A stretch of DNA of 62,545 nucleotides, the filler included. It is 5 parts of 5 records of this genome, joined end to end, with 100 filler letters (N's around TTAATTAATTAA, not from the genome) between each part and the next. Parts side by side here need not be neighbours in the genome. Positions count along the whole stretch, not along the records: positions 7,555 to 28,593 come from SRR31156797_8515; 4 more parts are not named here. The stretch is one strand, 5' to 3'. Below, piece after piece: positions 12,149-24,243 of the stretch (its first letter is position 1; each line of letters opens with the position of its first letter). Both the position numbers and the translations under genes were made by a program. The notes beneath the pieces were generated by a model. The model had not been told where the DNA came from, ran no database searches, and saw nothing but the letters and a program-made list of their open reading frames with translations.

Positions 12149-13078
12149 GTGTCAAAAAAACGTTTCACAGCAATTACATCCATATATCTGCTCCTTTTGC
12201 TGCTCGCAGCATCCGGGTGCACCTCCACCAAGAATCTGACCAAAAAAGTTCTGCCCACCTCCGTGGCCAAGAAAATCATTACCAACGAGGCGGATCTCAA
12301 AAAGCGTGTCATGATTTTTCCTTTCGTGGACCAGGCCGGTGTGGGTCCTGAGATGGCCAAAAAGTTGAGCAATGAATTCTATGAACATCTGAAAAAAACC
12401 CCCAATCTGCTCCTCTATGATCCCCCGGACGGTGTTTTTTCCACCCAGGCCATGGAATCCCCCCAGTACGGGGTGGTGACCAGTTCCAAACTTGTTGACA
12501 TCGCCAGTGACATGGGCATGAACGCACTGATGATCGGGGTCCTGAACCCGGTCGAAATCGCCGTTCACAAGACCGGTATCTGGCCTTTTGACAGTTGGAA
12601 ACGATTCTACACGGTTTCCGCGGCGATCAATGTGATTCAAACGGCCAGCAAAACCCTCATCTATACCGACATCGCCTTGGAAGAATATTCCATGAGCCTG
12701 GAGGAAGCCGAGCAGCTTGACCAGGAAAATTATATTCGGAAGATTACCCTCGAAGCACTGCCGGACCTCATCAACGATCTGGGAACGAGCATGGACTTCA
12801 AGGTCAGCGATGAGCCCTGGACCGGTAGAATCGTGGCGGTGGACGGCGATACCATCATGATTAATGCGGGCAAAGAGATAGGCTTGGAAGACAAGGCGGT
12901 TTTCAAAGTATTTTCCGTGGGAGAATCCATTTCTTCCGGCACCGGAAGGACCATTCATCTGCTGGGGGAAACGGTGGGAGAAATAAAAGTCACATCGGTC
13001 ATGGAAAAACATTCTCTGGCGGAAGCCGTGGACGGCGGACCCTTCAAGGCGAAACAGTTTATTCGACTGAAACCGTAA
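12149..13078 (+). CDS. Lipoprotein, CsgG/FlgT-like with C-terminal beta domain
   Basis: GTG 12149 after RBS AGGAG (ORF track start 12035 overlaps acyP); lipobox [21 protein letters not shown]. Confidence 0.65.
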   Translation: MSKKRFTAITSIYLLLLLLAASGCTSTKNLTKKVLPTSVAKKIITNEADLKKRVMIFPFVDQAGVGPEMAKKLSNEFYEHLKKTPNLLLYDPPDGVFSTQAMESPQYGVVTSSKLVDIASDMGMNALMIGVLNPVEIAVHKTGIWPFDSWKRFYTVSAAINVIQTASKTLIYTDIALEEYSMSLEEAEQLDQENYIRKITLEALPDLINDLGTSMDFKVSDEPWTGRIVAVDGDTIMINAGKEIGLEDKAVFKVFSVGESISSGTGRTIHLLGETVGEIKVTSVMEKHSLAEAVDGGPFKAKQFIRLKP

Positions 13079-13092
13079 ATAACGGGATTACC

Positions 13093-14358
13093 ATGGATAA
13101 AATTGTGATTGAAGGCGGGTACCCCCTGAAGGGAACGGTCAACATCAGCGGCGCCAAAAACGCGGCACTACCCGCTGTTGCGGCGTGCCTTTTGACCGGA
13201 GGAGATCATCGCCTTAAGGGGATTCCCCGTCTGAGGGATATCCGCACCATCCGATGCATCATGGAAAAACTGGGAGTGGTTTTTCAAGAAACCGGGAATA
13301 TCCTGGAAGTGAACTCCGAAAACCTCACAGCCCATGAGGCCCCATACGAACTGGTCAAGACCATGCGCGCATCCATCCTCCTGCTGGGCCCCCTCCTGGC
13401 TCGCCTGGGGCAAGCCAGGATATCCCTTCCCGGCGGCTGCGCCATCGGTGCCAGGCCCGTGAACCTGCACCTGAAGGCACTGGTTTCCATGGGCGCGGAC
13501 ATATTCCTGGATCACGGTTACATCAACGCCACAGCCAAAAGGCTGAAAGGCGCGGATATTTTCTTTGACATTCCCACGGTAACCGGCACGGAAAACATTC
13601 TGATGGCTGCCGTGACCGCCCAAGGGACCACGATCCTGCGCAACACCGCCAATGAACCGGAAATCAAAGACCTAAGCCGTATGCTGTGCGCCATGGGCGC
13701 TGATATCGAAGGGGCCGGCAGCGACACCATCGTGGTTCGCGGTGTCTCCCATCTCACACCCTGTGAACACACCATCATCCCCGATAGAATTGAAGCGGGC
13801 ACCTTCATGATCGCGGCGGCATTGACCCGGGGAGATGTTCATGTGAATGGAGGCAGGCCAGAGCACCTCACGGCACTGACGGAGAAGTTGCGGCAAACCG
13901 GCGCCGAAATTACAGTAAAGGAGAGGGCTATCCACGTTCGAGGTCCCGAATCCATTGAGAGCGTCGATATCAAGACCATGCCGTTTCCCGGTTTTGCCAC
14001 GGATCTCCAGGCCCAGTTCATGGCGCTCATGACCGTTGCCAAAGGATGGAGCATGTTCAGGGAAACGGTATTTGAAAACCGTTTCATCCATGTGAGTGAG
14101 CTGAGGAGGCTCGGTGCCGACATTGAAATCAACGGAAACCAGGCTCTTATAAAAGGCCGGCAAAAACTGCTTTCGGCGCCGGTCATGGCAACGGATTTGA
14201 GAGCCAGCGCCTCCCTCATTCTGGCCGGGTTGGTGGCCGAAGGGGGCGCCACGGAAGTACACCGGATCTACCACCTGGACAGGGGATACGAGGATATTGA
14301 AAACAAATTCAGGGCACTGGGCGCTAAAATCCGACGCGAAAAAGGACCGTCCGTTTAA
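13093..14358 (+). CDS. murA: UDP-N-acetylglucosamine 1-carboxyvinyltransferase
   Basis: [37 protein letters not shown]. Confidence 0.98.
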   Translation: MDKIVIEGGYPLKGTVNISGAKNAALPAVAACLLTGGDHRLKGIPRLRDIRTIRCIMEKLGVVFQETGNILEVNSENLTAHEAPYELVKTMRASILLLGPLLARLGQARISLPGGCAIGARPVNLHLKALVSMGADIFLDHGYINATAKRLKGADIFFDIPTVTGTENILMAAVTAQGTTILRNTANEPEIKDLSRMLCAMGADIEGAGSDTIVVRGVSHLTPCEHTIIPDRIEAGTFMIAAALTRGDVHVNGGRPEHLTALTEKLRQTGAEITVKERAIHVRGPESIESVDIKTMPFPGFATDLQAQFMALMTVAKGWSMFRETVFENRFIHVSELRRLGADIEINGNQALIKGRQKLLSAPVMATDLRASASLILAGLVAEGGATEVHRIYHLDRGYEDIENKFRALGAKIRREKGPSV

Positions 14359-16861
14359 CCGCCCCCTGGTCCCCTGCCTGATCTCCTTCGCCGGGGGCAT
14401 TCTTGCGGCACACGCTGTTTTTCCTGTTGGTCACACCTTTACTTTACCCATACTGCTGACCCTTTCCCTGTGCCTGTTGCTCTCCCTGATCTGCACGGGA
14501 TCTGTGCGGGCTTACCTTCTTTTGGCGGTCTTTTTTTTGACCGGCTCTTTGCTGACGCCGGAGAAGTTTTTGCCCTCCGGGTTGCGACCCCTGGCAGTTG
14601 CTCAACAAAAGGCCATCATCGAAGGGGTTGTCCTGGAACCGCCAATACAACCCCGTTCGGGTATGATTCGAGCCAAAGTGCTGGCAAAAAGCCTTATTTC
14701 GAAACATAAGGTTGTCCCCCTTAACGAAAACATCATTGTCACCGTTTACCGCAATGCAATTCCATTGCGGCCCGGCATGAAAATCCGTTTTCCCGCACGC
14801 CTTCGAACCTTCAAAAGTTTCCAAAATCCAGGTCACTACCACTATGAAAAAGCCATGAAATTTGCGGGGTTCACATGCGCCGCCGCCGTGAGCGACGGAA
14901 GATACATGGTTCCCATGGGACCGGGGGAACTTCCCCTTTTTCAAGGATTCATTGAAAGGTTGCAGGCGCCGGTTAGAACATTTTTCGAGGAATCCCTTGA
15001 TCATCGAAACGCCGTCCTTTTTCGCGCGCTCATATTGGGGGAACGGCAGGGAATCAGCCCGGGCCTGAGAGAGACCTTCAATAGATCGGGCCTGGGGCAT
15101 CTGCTGGCCGTATCCGGACTCCATATCGGACTGGTGGCATGGGCCGCATTTTTCATCTTTAAATGGACACTTTCCCGGTCATACCGTCTGATGCTCACCC
15201 TTGATATTCGAAAGTGGAGTGCTTTTTTCACCTGCTTTCCCGTAATCGCCTACACCCTCCTTGCGGGATGCCGGGTATCGTCCCAGCGGGCCATGATCAT
15301 GATCCTGGCGTATCTGTTATCCCTCATGCTGGGAAAAGAAAAAGAGGTCTGGTCCACACTTGCCCTGGCCGGTCTGCTAGTATTGTTCCTGGATCCCGGA
15401 GCCATTTTCACCCCTTCATTTCAGTTGTCATTTCTTGCGGTAACCGGCATCCTGTGGCTGACACCCCCCATCCTCGAAAAGGTGGGTTATAAAAAATATG
15501 CCCTATCCGAAAACAATCCTTTTGCCGGATCGGTTTTCAAATATTTCATGGGTCTGGCAGCGGTCAGTGTTGCCGCCGTCTATTTTCTTCTCCCCATCAC
15601 CACCTTTTATTTCCACCGTATTCCCCTGGTATCCGTTCCCGCAAACCTCACCACCATCCCTATCTTAGGGTTATGGGTGTTGCCAGCAGGCCTTTTATCG
15701 ATTTTGACCTTGCCCTTTTCATCCCAACTGGCGGTTTTTTTTCTGCATACAGGTGCCTGGGGCCTGAACATCATGATGGACATGATCGGTTTCTGGTCAG
15801 GTCTTTCCTGGGCATCCATCTGGAGTTTTACACCGAATTTTTTTGAAATAAGCCTTTTTTATGCCTTCACATTCTTTGCCTATTTTGCCTGGCACAAAAG
15901 ATGGGCAAGAATCGGCCTTACGGCCATCGTGTTCCTGATCATCATCGATGTGACCTTCTGGGTACACCGGGTGCGGTTCAACCGGGATCTGGAAGTGGTT
16001 TTTTTGGATGTGGGAAAAGGGAATGCGGCGCTTGTTTCCTTTCCCGGTGGAGAGAAAATGATGATTGACGGCGGTGGATTCCCTGGTAATCATTTTGATG
16101 TGGGCAAAATGGTAGTTGCACCCTTTTTGTGGCACGGAAAGATCGGAACCATCGATTATCTGGTGTTGAGCCATCCCCAGACGGATCATATGAACGGCCT
16201 ATCCTTCATTGCCGAAGCATTTCATCCAAAAGAATTCTGGTATAACGGGGACCGGGTGGAAACCCCGAGCTACAAAGACCTCATGAGAACCCTGGAGACA
16301 AACGATATAAGAATAAAGCGGCCGGCGCAACTTCAGGAAAAAATTTCCATCAACGGCGCGGAGATTGAAGTCCTTTATCCCGAACCCGGTGGAAAGATGG
16401 GTGCCACGGGGTCTAAAGGGAAAGATTTGAACAATCGTTCCATGGTCCTCAGGATATCTTATGCGGGCACATCCATTCTGTTTCCCGGTGACCTGGAAGA
16501 AATGGGAGAAAATTCCCTTTTGGCGCGCGCCGGCCCCCGGGTCAAAAGCGATATATTGCTTTCTCCCCACCATGGAAGCAAAACTTCCAGTTCCAAAGCC
16601 TTTCTTAAAGCGGTGGCCCCCCGATTGTGCGTTATCTCCTCAGGGGAAGACCGCTTCGGCCGATTTCCGCATCCTTCCGTACTGAAACGGCTCGCGAAAA
16701 TGGAATGCCAAAGCATTTGCATATCCGATTCAGGGGCGGTTACCGTGAGGGTCGGCCCCGAGGGGTTTGACATCCATCCGTTCCTATCAAAGGACTTCAT
16801 GAAGAACCGGTTTTTTGCGAAAAACCCATCCGCCGGCATGGAACTCACACATAAAGATTGA
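14297..16861 (+). CDS. comEC: DNA internalization competence protein ComEC/Rec2 (start uncertain)
   Basis: [36 protein letters not shown]. Confidence 0.93.
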   Translation: MKTNSGHWALKSDAKKDRPFNRPLVPCLISFAGGILAAHAVFPVGHTFTLPILLTLSLCLLLSLICTGSVRAYLLLAVFFLTGSLLTPEKFLPSGLRPLAVAQQKAIIEGVVLEPPIQPRSGMIRAKVLAKSLISKHKVVPLNENIIVTVYRNAIPLRPGMKIRFPARLRTFKSFQNPGHYHYEKAMKFAGFTCAAAVSDGRYMVPMGPGELPLFQGFIERLQAPVRTFFEESLDHRNAVLFRALILGERQGISPGLRETFNRSGLGHLLAVSGLHIGLVAWAAFFIFKWTLSRSYRLMLTLDIRKWSAFFTCFPVIAYTLLAGCRVSSQRAMIMILAYLLSLMLGKEKEVWSTLALAGLLVLFLDPGAIFTPSFQLSFLAVTGILWLTPPILEKVGYKKYALSENNPFAGSVFKYFMGLAAVSVAAVYFLLPITTFYFHRIPLVSVPANLTTIPILGLWVLPAGLLSILTLPFSSQLAVFFLHTGAWGLNIMMDMIGFWSGLSWASIWSFTPNFFEISLFYAFTFFAYFAWHKRWARIGLTAIVFLIIIDVTFWVHRVRFNRDLEVVFLDVGKGNAALVSFPGGEKMMIDGGGFPGNHFDVGKMVVAPFLWHGKIGTIDYLVLSHPQTDHMNGLSFIAEAFHPKEFWYNGDRVETPSYKDLMRTLETNDIRIKRPAQLQEKISINGAEIEVLYPEPGGKMGATGSKGKDLNNRSMVLRISYAGTSILFPGDLEEMGENSLLARAGPRVKSDILLSPHHGSKTSSSKAFLKAVAPRLCVISSGEDRFGRFPHPSVLKRLAKMECQSICISDSGAVTVRVGPEGFDIHPFLSKDFMKNRFFAKNPSAGMELTHKD

Positions 16862-16960
16862 AAAAGACGGCTGGATTTGACATTATTTAGGGTTGATATT
16901 TTGCCCTTTTATGGCTCTTCGGTAAGTTCATATTTGCACAACATTTAGAATGGAAGGTTA

Positions 16961-18865
16961 ATGCCCATACCCCTTTTACATACCTTTAGAACAGCACTTC
17001 TCGGGACCTTATGCCTGATGCTGTTGCCCGGGTTTTCCCCGGGCGCCCAAACCGCACCCAAGAAAAGTGACGGGATACCTTATGAGGTTGAGATAAAAGG
17101 TAAAAACCTGGAAGAAAGCCCGATTCATAAACTCCTGGGCGAAGTTTCCCTGGCCGTTCAAAAGAAAAATGATCCACCCAAAAGCCTGGCTCTCCTGAGG
17201 CGGCGTTGCGAGGGTGACCTTCCGGAAATGCAAAAAGTGCTGCGATCATTCGGCTATTTTCGAGGCGTCATCACATTTGAGATAATGCCACAAATAACCG
17301 CCAATGAAACCGCAGCAGATCATCCATTCACAACCGGGGCCGATACCTCGGCCGTTCCCCCACCGGTGAATCCGGCAATCGTGCGCTTTGAAGTTGATCT
17401 GGGTCCCCGATTTGCCTTTTCCCATATCCACATCAATCTGACCCCAGGCGCACCGCCGGGTGTGCTTTCCCCGCCCACGCCCACGGAGGTGGGACTGGTT
17501 CAGGACACGCCCTATGCCGCAAGTTCGGTTGTCAAAGCAGGGGAAGCGATTCTGACCCGGTACAAGGAAAACGGCTACCCCTTTCCGAAAATCAGTCATC
17601 GGGATGTGATCGCTGATTTTAAAACAGATCACGTGGAGGTTTCATTCCAGGTTTCCCCCGGACCCTATGCCCGTTTTGGGGCCACCCGGGTAACGGGTCT
17701 TGAGCGCCTCAAAGAACAATATGTTTATGAATTAATCCCTTGGAAAGAGGGTGAGCCCTATGACGTCCGCAAGATTAAAGCGGCACGTCAAACCCTTTTT
17801 GACACCAATCTCTTTGGCGTTGTTGCCTTTAAGAATCCGGGAAAAGTGGATACGGAAGGTCAACTGCCCATGACCGTAGAGCTGAAAGAACGGTCCCCCC
17901 GCACCATACGTCTGGGCCTGGAATACACCACGGATTACGGTCCGGGAGTCAATGGCAGCTGGAGTCACCGAAATCTTTTCGGAATGGCCGAAAAATTGAC
18001 GGCCAGCGCCATATTGAACAAAGAAACCAGAACCGCGGCCCTTCGTTTTGACAAACCCATGTTCCTGAATCGGAACAATACGTTCATTAGCCAGGTTGCC
18101 TTCAACGATGAAACCACGGATGCCTATGACGCCACTTCCGTTGTTGCAACGGTTATTCTGCGACAGCAGTTCACCAAAACTTTCCGTGCCGGCGGGGGCC
18201 TGGGATTTCACCTGTCCCGGGTCAAGGACAACGCCACCAGTGGACGGAATACCTACAAGCTGGTTTATGTACCGCTGACCGCTGATCTGAACACACGCAA
18301 AGATATCCTGAACCCCATTCAGGGGTACCATCTTTCCCTGGGAATGGCCCCCTATCAGGATATCTCCCGGAGCGATATCCGTTTTTTTCGTTACATCCTG
18401 GGCGGCAGCACCTATTATAATTTCAATCGCGGCGACTGGATCGTGGTGGCGGTAAAAGCGGCCTTCGGCCAGATTGCCGGCATCGATCACCAAAAAATGC
18501 CGGCGGATCTGCGGTTCTATCCGGGGGGCGGCGGTTCCGTTCGGGGTTACGGTTATCAAATGGCCGGACCTTTGAAGGGAAATACCCCCCTGGGAGGTCT
18601 CTCCATGATCACCGGATCCCTGGAATTGCGTTTCAAGGTGACTGAATCCATCGGTATCGTTCCCTTCCTGGATGCGGGAACCGCATATCTGGATTCGGTG
18701 CCCGATTTCAGCGAGCAGGAGATGCTTTACGGCGCAGGACTGGGTTTAAGGTATTACACCACCATCGGACCCATTCGGCTGGATGTGGCGGTCCCTCTCA
18801 AGAAACGACCCGGGGGGGTTGACAGCGATTACCAGATTTATGTGAGTATCGGACAGTCGTTTTAA
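16961..18865 (+). CDS. tamA: TamA-like Omp85-family outer membrane protein
   Basis: Signal peptide, POTRA-like region, GGGGSVRGY, GPIRLDVAVP, terminal YVSIGQSF. Confidence 0.9.
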   Translation: MPIPLLHTFRTALLGTLCLMLLPGFSPGAQTAPKKSDGIPYEVEIKGKNLEESPIHKLLGEVSLAVQKKNDPPKSLALLRRRCEGDLPEMQKVLRSFGYFRGVITFEIMPQITANETAADHPFTTGADTSAVPPPVNPAIVRFEVDLGPRFAFSHIHINLTPGAPPGVLSPPTPTEVGLVQDTPYAASSVVKAGEAILTRYKENGYPFPKISHRDVIADFKTDHVEVSFQVSPGPYARFGATRVTGLERLKEQYVYELIPWKEGEPYDVRKIKAARQTLFDTNLFGVVAFKNPGKVDTEGQLPMTVELKERSPRTIRLGLEYTTDYGPGVNGSWSHRNLFGMAEKLTASAILNKETRTAALRFDKPMFLNRNNTFISQVAFNDETTDAYDATSVVATVILRQQFTKTFRAGGGLGFHLSRVKDNATSGRNTYKLVYVPLTADLNTRKDILNPIQGYHLSLGMAPYQDISRSDIRFFRYILGGSTYYNFNRGDWIVVAVKAAFGQIAGIDHQKMPADLRFYPGGGGSVRGYGYQMAGPLKGNTPLGGLSMITGSLELRFKVTESIGIVPFLDAGTAYLDSVPDFSEQEMLYGAGLGLRYYTTIGPIRLDVAVPLKKRPGGVDSDYQIYVSIGQSF

Positions 18866-18874
18866 AAGGCGGAA

Positions 18875-18963
18875 GACGGATGACGAAGGAAAAGGGACAA
18901 GGAACAAAAGAGAGAGGACGAAGGACAAAAGACGCTTCGCCGTCCTCCGTGGTCCATCGTCCC
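18875..18963. repeat. Degenerate 7-bp tandem repeats followed by an inverted set
   Basis: GACGGAT GACGAAG GAAAAGG GACAAGG AACAAAA GAGAGAG GACGAAG GACAAAA, then CGTCCTC..CATCGTCCC. Confidence 0.55.
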
Positions 18964-21900
18964 TTATGGCGTCGTCTGGTAAAATGGACCTTGTTAACCA
19001 TGGTCGGGTTCGTGGTGTTGATCATGCTCCTGTGGGCGGGCCTTCAGACCCCATGGGCCAAAAAACAGCTGGCACGGTTTGTGGCGGATGTCACCGCAAA
19101 AACAGGGGACTATCAAGTGGCCCTAGAGGGCTTGGATGGGCTGCTCCCCTTTTCCATTACCCTGGAGCGCGTTACCATTTCAGATGGGAAAGGTCCCTGG
19201 CTCAAAATGGAAAAGTTCGATTTTTCCATGAAGCCCATGGATTTGATTTCGGGGTCGGTGTATGTAAAATGGCTGCGGATGGCGCATCTGTCCGTTTCCC
19301 GGCTGCCGGAATCCCGTGACCCCCCTCCGAAGAAAGAAAAAGCGCCCGCCAAAAGCGGCACCTTCTCCCTGCCCCACATTCTGGTTCAGGAAATCCGGCT
19401 TCAGCGCATTGACCTGGGAGAAGCCCTGGCGGGAAAATCCATGTCTTTCAGCCTGAACTCCCGGGTGAAAACCGTCAAAACCGGTGTCCAGGCGGAAGCA
19501 TCCCTGAAAGACCTGACCCGAAACGATGATACGTTCAAATTGAAAGCCGCTTATGATTTGAAAACCGAACAGCTGAATGCCCATGCGGACTACCATGAAT
19601 CCACGGGTGGGCTTGTGGCAAACCTGTTGGGCCTTAAGGATCTTACGGGCCTTCGATTGAAGGCCAATGCCCAGGGGCCTGTTTCTCACATCAAGGGCCA
19701 TCTGGATCTGGAAATGGGTGGATACGGAAACACGACCCTTCAATACGACGTGAGCCGTCAGAAGACGGTCACCCTGCAATTGAATGGGCAAATAGAGGCT
19801 GAAAGCCGAATTCTCCCGCCCCCGGTGGCGCAGGTTATGGACGCTGAAACCGTGGATTTGGCCTTAAAGGCATCACTTTCTCCGGAAAAAGAGGTTCTGC
19901 TCAAGGGGCTCAGGATTCAAAACGGCCATATGATCATTTCGCTTACGGGGACTGCCGATTTAAACAAAGAAAGAATGGACATGAGGGCCCGCATTGAGGG
20001 GGCCGATCCGGCCCCGCTACTCAAGGGAAGCGGCATTTCCCTCGAAGATCCGGAACCGGTCAGCATTTCCGCCGTCGGACCTTTCATGGCACCGGAAGTC
20101 AACATATCCACCGCACTGGCGGGGTTTAAAGCGCAAGGCACCACATTAACCGAGACAAAACTGAATGCCCGGGCCCTTTTTGAAAAGGGGTTTGTGGGGT
20201 TAAAAAGTGCTTCCGTAACCCTTGGCGCCCAGGGAATACGGGTTCTACAGGCACCGAAACTGGCGGGCCCCGTCAAACTGGACCTTCAGGCCCAAAGCCC
20301 CGATTTTAGGACGTGGCAGGTGAACACCTTTCACATGACCTTGCCGGGAGTTGCTGTGGGCGTGAAAGAAGCGCTCATGAACCTTTCCAAGGGACGTTTT
20401 TCCGGGGATCTGGCGGTTCGGGCGGATCATATTGCTTCACTGCTGCCACCGGACACACCACCCCTTGATGGTCGTCTTTCCATCAATGCGCGGGTGAAAG
20501 GGACCGGTCCCGCGAACCTGACGGCCAGTCTGAACATGGCGGTTTCACAACTGAGTGGACTCCCGCCCGAGGCCGCCGCCATTGCGGGCACTGAAGTGAC
20601 CCTTAACGCCGATGCCGAAATGAAGAAGGAGAGGGTTACCCTGGAAAGGGTCGAGCTTATGGGGTCCCAAACCCGATTAATCGCTAATGGCTTTGTCAAC
20701 CTGAAAGAAAGCATATTTGATGTGGCCTACCGGTTGACCCTGGATCATTCGGGCAATGGCATTTCAAAGCCGGCAACCCTGCCCGTGGGAGATATCAAAA
20801 GCCAAGGCAAGATTTCAGGAAAATTTGACGATTTTGCCGCCCATGTGGATCTCAACTCCCGAAAACTTCAGTTTAACGACCTCGAAATCAAAGGGATGAA
20901 AACAGAGCTGAAAGCCGAAGGATTACCCCTGAAACCTTCCGGTACAATTCACATAAATGCCTCGGCCATGGATCAGCCGTTGCAAGTGAACAGCGATTTT
21001 GCCTGGAGCGGAAAAACCCTGACCGTTGACGACGCACGGGTTCAAGGGCCCGGCATAGATCTGATGGCATCCCTTGACCTGACCCCCGGAACGGAAGACT
21101 TCTCCGGAAAGGTCAAAGGCCGCATCACCTCCCTTGAGATGGTCCAGGCCCTGGCCGGCGTTGAGGCACAGGGTACGGGAACGTTTCAAATTGAAGCCGG
21201 AAAACCCGGCGCGACCCGGGACGGTCCGTCGCTCACGTTGGATGCCGACTTCAAAGACCTGAAATACCGGGATTACGGCGCATCCACCTTGAAAGTGACG
21301 GCCCGGGTGGACGATATAAAAGCAATGCGGGGGCAGGCGAAATTGACCGCAGCGGATATGCCTTTGGGGAGTTCGCATATTGAAACCCTGAACCTGGAAG
21401 CAACGTGCGCCCTGCCAGAGGCTGAAATCACCCTTGATACCAAGGGTGTCACCCGGACGGATACCCAAAAAAAATCCGAAGCGCCGCTTTTTCTAACCAC
21501 AAAAATAAACGTCAAACGGACAGAGCAGTGGCAACTTCGCCTGGATACATTAAAAGCAGGTTATGAAAATCGAAAAGTCAACCTGCAAAAGCCCGCCACC
21601 CTGGCCTACGGAGATGACGGCCGGATTGCACTGGACGACCTTCAATTGAAAATGGACAAAGGTCTGCTTCAAGTCACGGCCCATGTGGACCCGGAAAAGG
21701 TGGATGCAAAGGTTCGCATTACCGATCTGCCCCTCTCCCTTCTGGAACCCATTGTGGGAGAGGATCTGGACGGCAGGGCCGAGGTCGACCTTGAACTGTC
21801 AGGTCCCCTTTCGGATCCCGGGGTGAATGTGGCCGTACATCTGAAAGAATACAAAATCGTGGGTCAAGACGGAACCCGGCCCATTTTACTGAATGCAAAG

Positions 21901-23355
21901 CTCAAGTCCAGGCGGGACGGGGAGCGGTTGCTTGCGGATCTGGAACTCTCGGGCCTCGGGAAGACACCCTTTAAAGCCGACGGCAGTATTCCTGCGCACA
22001 TCTCCCTTAAGCCATTCGCCTTTCATGTGGATAAAAACGGCAGACTGGAGGCGAAGCTTCAGGGGATACTCAATCTGGCGGTCTTGCAGACCTTACCGGC
22101 CATGAGCGATCAGAGCCTGCGGGGCCTGGTGAACGTGGACATGGGGATAGGGGGTTCATTGGAGAAATGGGAGTTGAACGGCGGGATCACCCTCGAAAAA
22201 GGCCGTTATGAAAACGTGGAACAGGGCGTGCTTCTGGACCGGATTCAGGCAAAGGTGAGTACCGAGGGAAGGATTCTGAAGCTAACCCATCTAACGGCCA
22301 CAGATGGCGGCACAGGGACCATCTCCCTCAATGGCCGGACCGATGTGGATCCGCCGTTTCGAACGGAAATCGCATTGACCCTGAAACAGGCCACGTTACT
22401 TCGAAAAGAAATGCTCACCGTCACTGCCGGTGGGAACCTGGATCTCAAAGGGAACAGGGACCGCATGGATCTGACCGGTGAAATCAATCTGGAGCGTACG
22501 GAAATTGCCATTCCCAAACGTTTTCCGCCGGATGTGACGGTTATTCCCGTCACAATCATCAATGATCCCGCAGCCGAGGCATCGGAAAAATCAAAATCCA
22601 AAAAGGGCGGAACATTGGTTCAAATGGATCTGGGGATCAACATCCCCGACAAATGCTTTGTTCGGGGCCGGGGCCTGGATGTGGAATTCAAGGGGAGGCT
22701 GACAGTACAGGGGCCCGCTAACAACCCGGTGGTTCGAGGAAGTTTGAACGTGGTCAGGGGGACCTTTCTTTGCCTCTCCCGAACCTTTAAAGTCATCAGC
22801 GGGCAAATCGCCTTTGACGGGGCCACCCCCCCCGACCCCTTCCTGAACATCAACACTCAGGTGAACGCCGGTGAGATTACCGCCCAGGTGGATATTTCGG
22901 GACCCGCCAACGCCTTCAAGCTGAAGCTCTCTTCCCAGCCATCCCTGCCGCAAGACGAAATCATGGCCCAGATTCTTTTCGGGCAGTCCGTAGCCAAACT
23001 GAACACCTTTCAGGCCCTTCAACTGGCCTATTCCGTGAATGAACTGGCCGGCGGATACGGGCCGGACATCATGGGCAAAACCCGAGGTTTTCTGGGCCTG
23101 GACCGTCTGGATTTCAGCGGCGGGGACGGGGATGGAAAAAGCAACGGCAGTAACGACCATAACAGCAACGGACCCAGCGTCACCCTGGGGAAATACGTGA
23201 GCGACCGGGTCTATGTGGGGGTCGAACAGGACCTCACCGACGCAAAACAGGATGTCATCGTGGAAGTGAATATTACCCCCAATTTCACCGTTGAGAGCAA
23301 AGCCGGTACCAAGTCGGGGGCAGGCTTAGGATTTAACTGGAATTATGATTATTAA
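18880..23355 (+). CDS. tamB: Translocation/assembly module TamB
   Basis: N-terminal TM, long beta-rich body, LSSQPSLPQDEIMAQILFG, GKYVSDRVYV, terminal WNYDY; follows tamA. Confidence 0.9.
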   Translation: MTKEKGQGTKERGRRTKDASPSSVVHRPLWRRLVKWTLLTMVGFVVLIMLLWAGLQTPWAKKQLARFVADVTAKTGDYQVALEGLDGLLPFSITLERVTISDGKGPWLKMEKFDFSMKPMDLISGSVYVKWLRMAHLSVSRLPESRDPPPKKEKAPAKSGTFSLPHILVQEIRLQRIDLGEALAGKSMSFSLNSRVKTVKTGVQAEASLKDLTRNDDTFKLKAAYDLKTEQLNAHADYHESTGGLVANLLGLKDLTGLRLKANAQGPVSHIKGHLDLEMGGYGNTTLQYDVSRQKTVTLQLNGQIEAESRILPPPVAQVMDAETVDLALKASLSPEKEVLLKGLRIQNGHMIISLTGTADLNKERMDMRARIEGADPAPLLKGSGISLEDPEPVSISAVGPFMAPEVNISTALAGFKAQGTTLTETKLNARALFEKGFVGLKSASVTLGAQGIRVLQAPKLAGPVKLDLQAQSPDFRTWQVNTFHMTLPGVAVGVKEALMNLSKGRFSGDLAVRADHIASLLPPDTPPLDGRLSINARVKGTGPANLTASLNMAVSQLSGLPPEAAAIAGTEVTLNADAEMKKERVTLERVELMGSQTRLIANGFVNLKESIFDVAYRLTLDHSGNGISKPATLPVGDIKSQGKISGKFDDFAAHVDLNSRKLQFNDLEIKGMKTELKAEGLPLKPSGTIHINASAMDQPLQVNSDFAWSGKTLTVDDARVQGPGIDLMASLDLTPGTEDFSGKVKGRITSLEMVQALAGVEAQGTGTFQIEAGKPGATRDGPSLTLDADFKDLKYRDYGASTLKVTARVDDIKAMRGQAKLTAADMPLGSSHIETLNLEATCALPEAEITLDTKGVTRTDTQKKSEAPLFLTTKINVKRTEQWQLRLDTLKAGYENRKVNLQKPATLAYGDDGRIALDDLQLKMDKGLLQVTAHVDPEKVDAKVRITDLPLSLLEPIVGEDLDGRAEVDLELSGPLSDPGVNVAVHLKEYKIVGQDGTRPILLNAKLKSRRDGERLLADLELSGLGKTPFKADGSIPAHISLKPFAFHVDKNGRLEAKLQGILNLAVLQTLPAMSDQSLRGLVNVDMGIGGSLEKWELNGGITLEKGRYENVEQGVLLDRIQAKVSTEGRILKLTHLTATDGGTGTISLNGRTDVDPPFRTEIALTLKQATLLRKEMLTVTAGGNLDLKGNRDRMDLTGEINLERTEIAIPKRFPPDVTVIPVTIINDPAAEASEKSKSKKGGTLVQMDLGINIPDKCFVRGRGLDVEFKGRLTVQGPANNPVVRGSLNVVRGTFLCLSRTFKVISGQIAFDGATPPDPFLNINTQVNAGEITAQVDISGPANAFKLKLSSQPSLPQDEIMAQILFGQSVAKLNTFQALQLAYSVNELAGGYGPDIMGKTRGFLGLDRLDFSGGDGDGKSNGSNDHNSNGPSVTLGKYVSDRVYVGVEQDLTDAKQDVIVEVNITPNFTVESKAGTKSGAGLGFNWNYDY

Positions 23356-24215
23356 TGATTGAAGGAGGAAATGAATTGAGACTGATACGATTCGGAAAAC
23401 CGGGGGAAGAACGGCCCGGACTCATAAAAGACGGCGCCATTGTTGATTTAAGGGAACTTTTCCCTGAAATCCCGGATATTGGTCCGGCCTTTTTTGAAGC
23501 GCAATGGCCGGACAGGCTTCGCAACATGGATCATCCGGGAACGGAAATGGAGGTGCGCCTGGGTTGCCCTGTTCATACCACCGGTAAAATCATCTGCCTT
23601 GGGAAAAATTATGCTGAACACGCCAAGGAAGGGAACATGGCAACACCCGAAACGCCCCTGATCTTCTGCAAAACCCCCAATACCTTAAACGGACCGGAAG
23701 ACCCGGTCCCCATGCCGAAAGAGAGCGGCAAGATCGACTGGGAGGTGGAGTTGGCCGTGGTGATCGGGAAACGGTGTAAACGGGTCTCCAAAGGAGATGC
23801 CTTCAGGGTTGTTGCCGGCTACACGGTGATGAACGATGTTTCCGGACGGGAAGCACAGTTTTCGGACAAACAGTGGTTTCGCGGAAAATCCTTCGACGGT
23901 TTTGCCCCCATGGGACCCTGTATCGTCACACCCGATGAGTTGGAAGACGTTGGAAACCTCCGGTTGACCGCCACCGTGGACGGCAAGATCATGCAGGACG
24001 GCAACACCCGGGATATGATTTTCCACATCCCCGCCATCATTGAAAACATCAGTTGCGACATTACACTGGAACCGGGGGATATTATTTCCACCGGCACGCC
24101 GGCGGGTGTGGGCATTTTCATGGTTCCACCCGTAACCCTGAAACCGGGGAATATGGTGGAATGCACGGTGGAAGGGATCGGCACCATCCGCAACCGGTTC
24201 ATCCTGAACGAATAA
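23355..24215 (+). CDS. Fumarylacetoacetate hydrolase family protein (alternative TTG start 23376)
   Basis: IICLGKNYAEH, DWEVEL, NDVSGR, GKSFD, DIISTGTPAGVG. Confidence 0.93.
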   Translation: MIEGGNELRLIRFGKPGEERPGLIKDGAIVDLRELFPEIPDIGPAFFEAQWPDRLRNMDHPGTEMEVRLGCPVHTTGKIICLGKNYAEHAKEGNMATPETPLIFCKTPNTLNGPEDPVPMPKESGKIDWEVELAVVIGKRCKRVSKGDAFRVVAGYTVMNDVSGREAQFSDKQWFRGKSFDGFAPMGPCIVTPDELEDVGNLRLTATVDGKIMQDGNTRDMIFHIPAIIENISCDITLEPGDIISTGTPAGVGIFMVPPVTLKPGNMVECTVEGIGTIRNRFILNE

Positions 24216-24243
24216 AATGCCTTGTGGGGGCCGGCGGCCTTAA

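Noticed and set aside
13093-14358. Fosfomycin-resistant MurA variant
   Set aside because: The active-site Cys is retained (LPGGCAIG)
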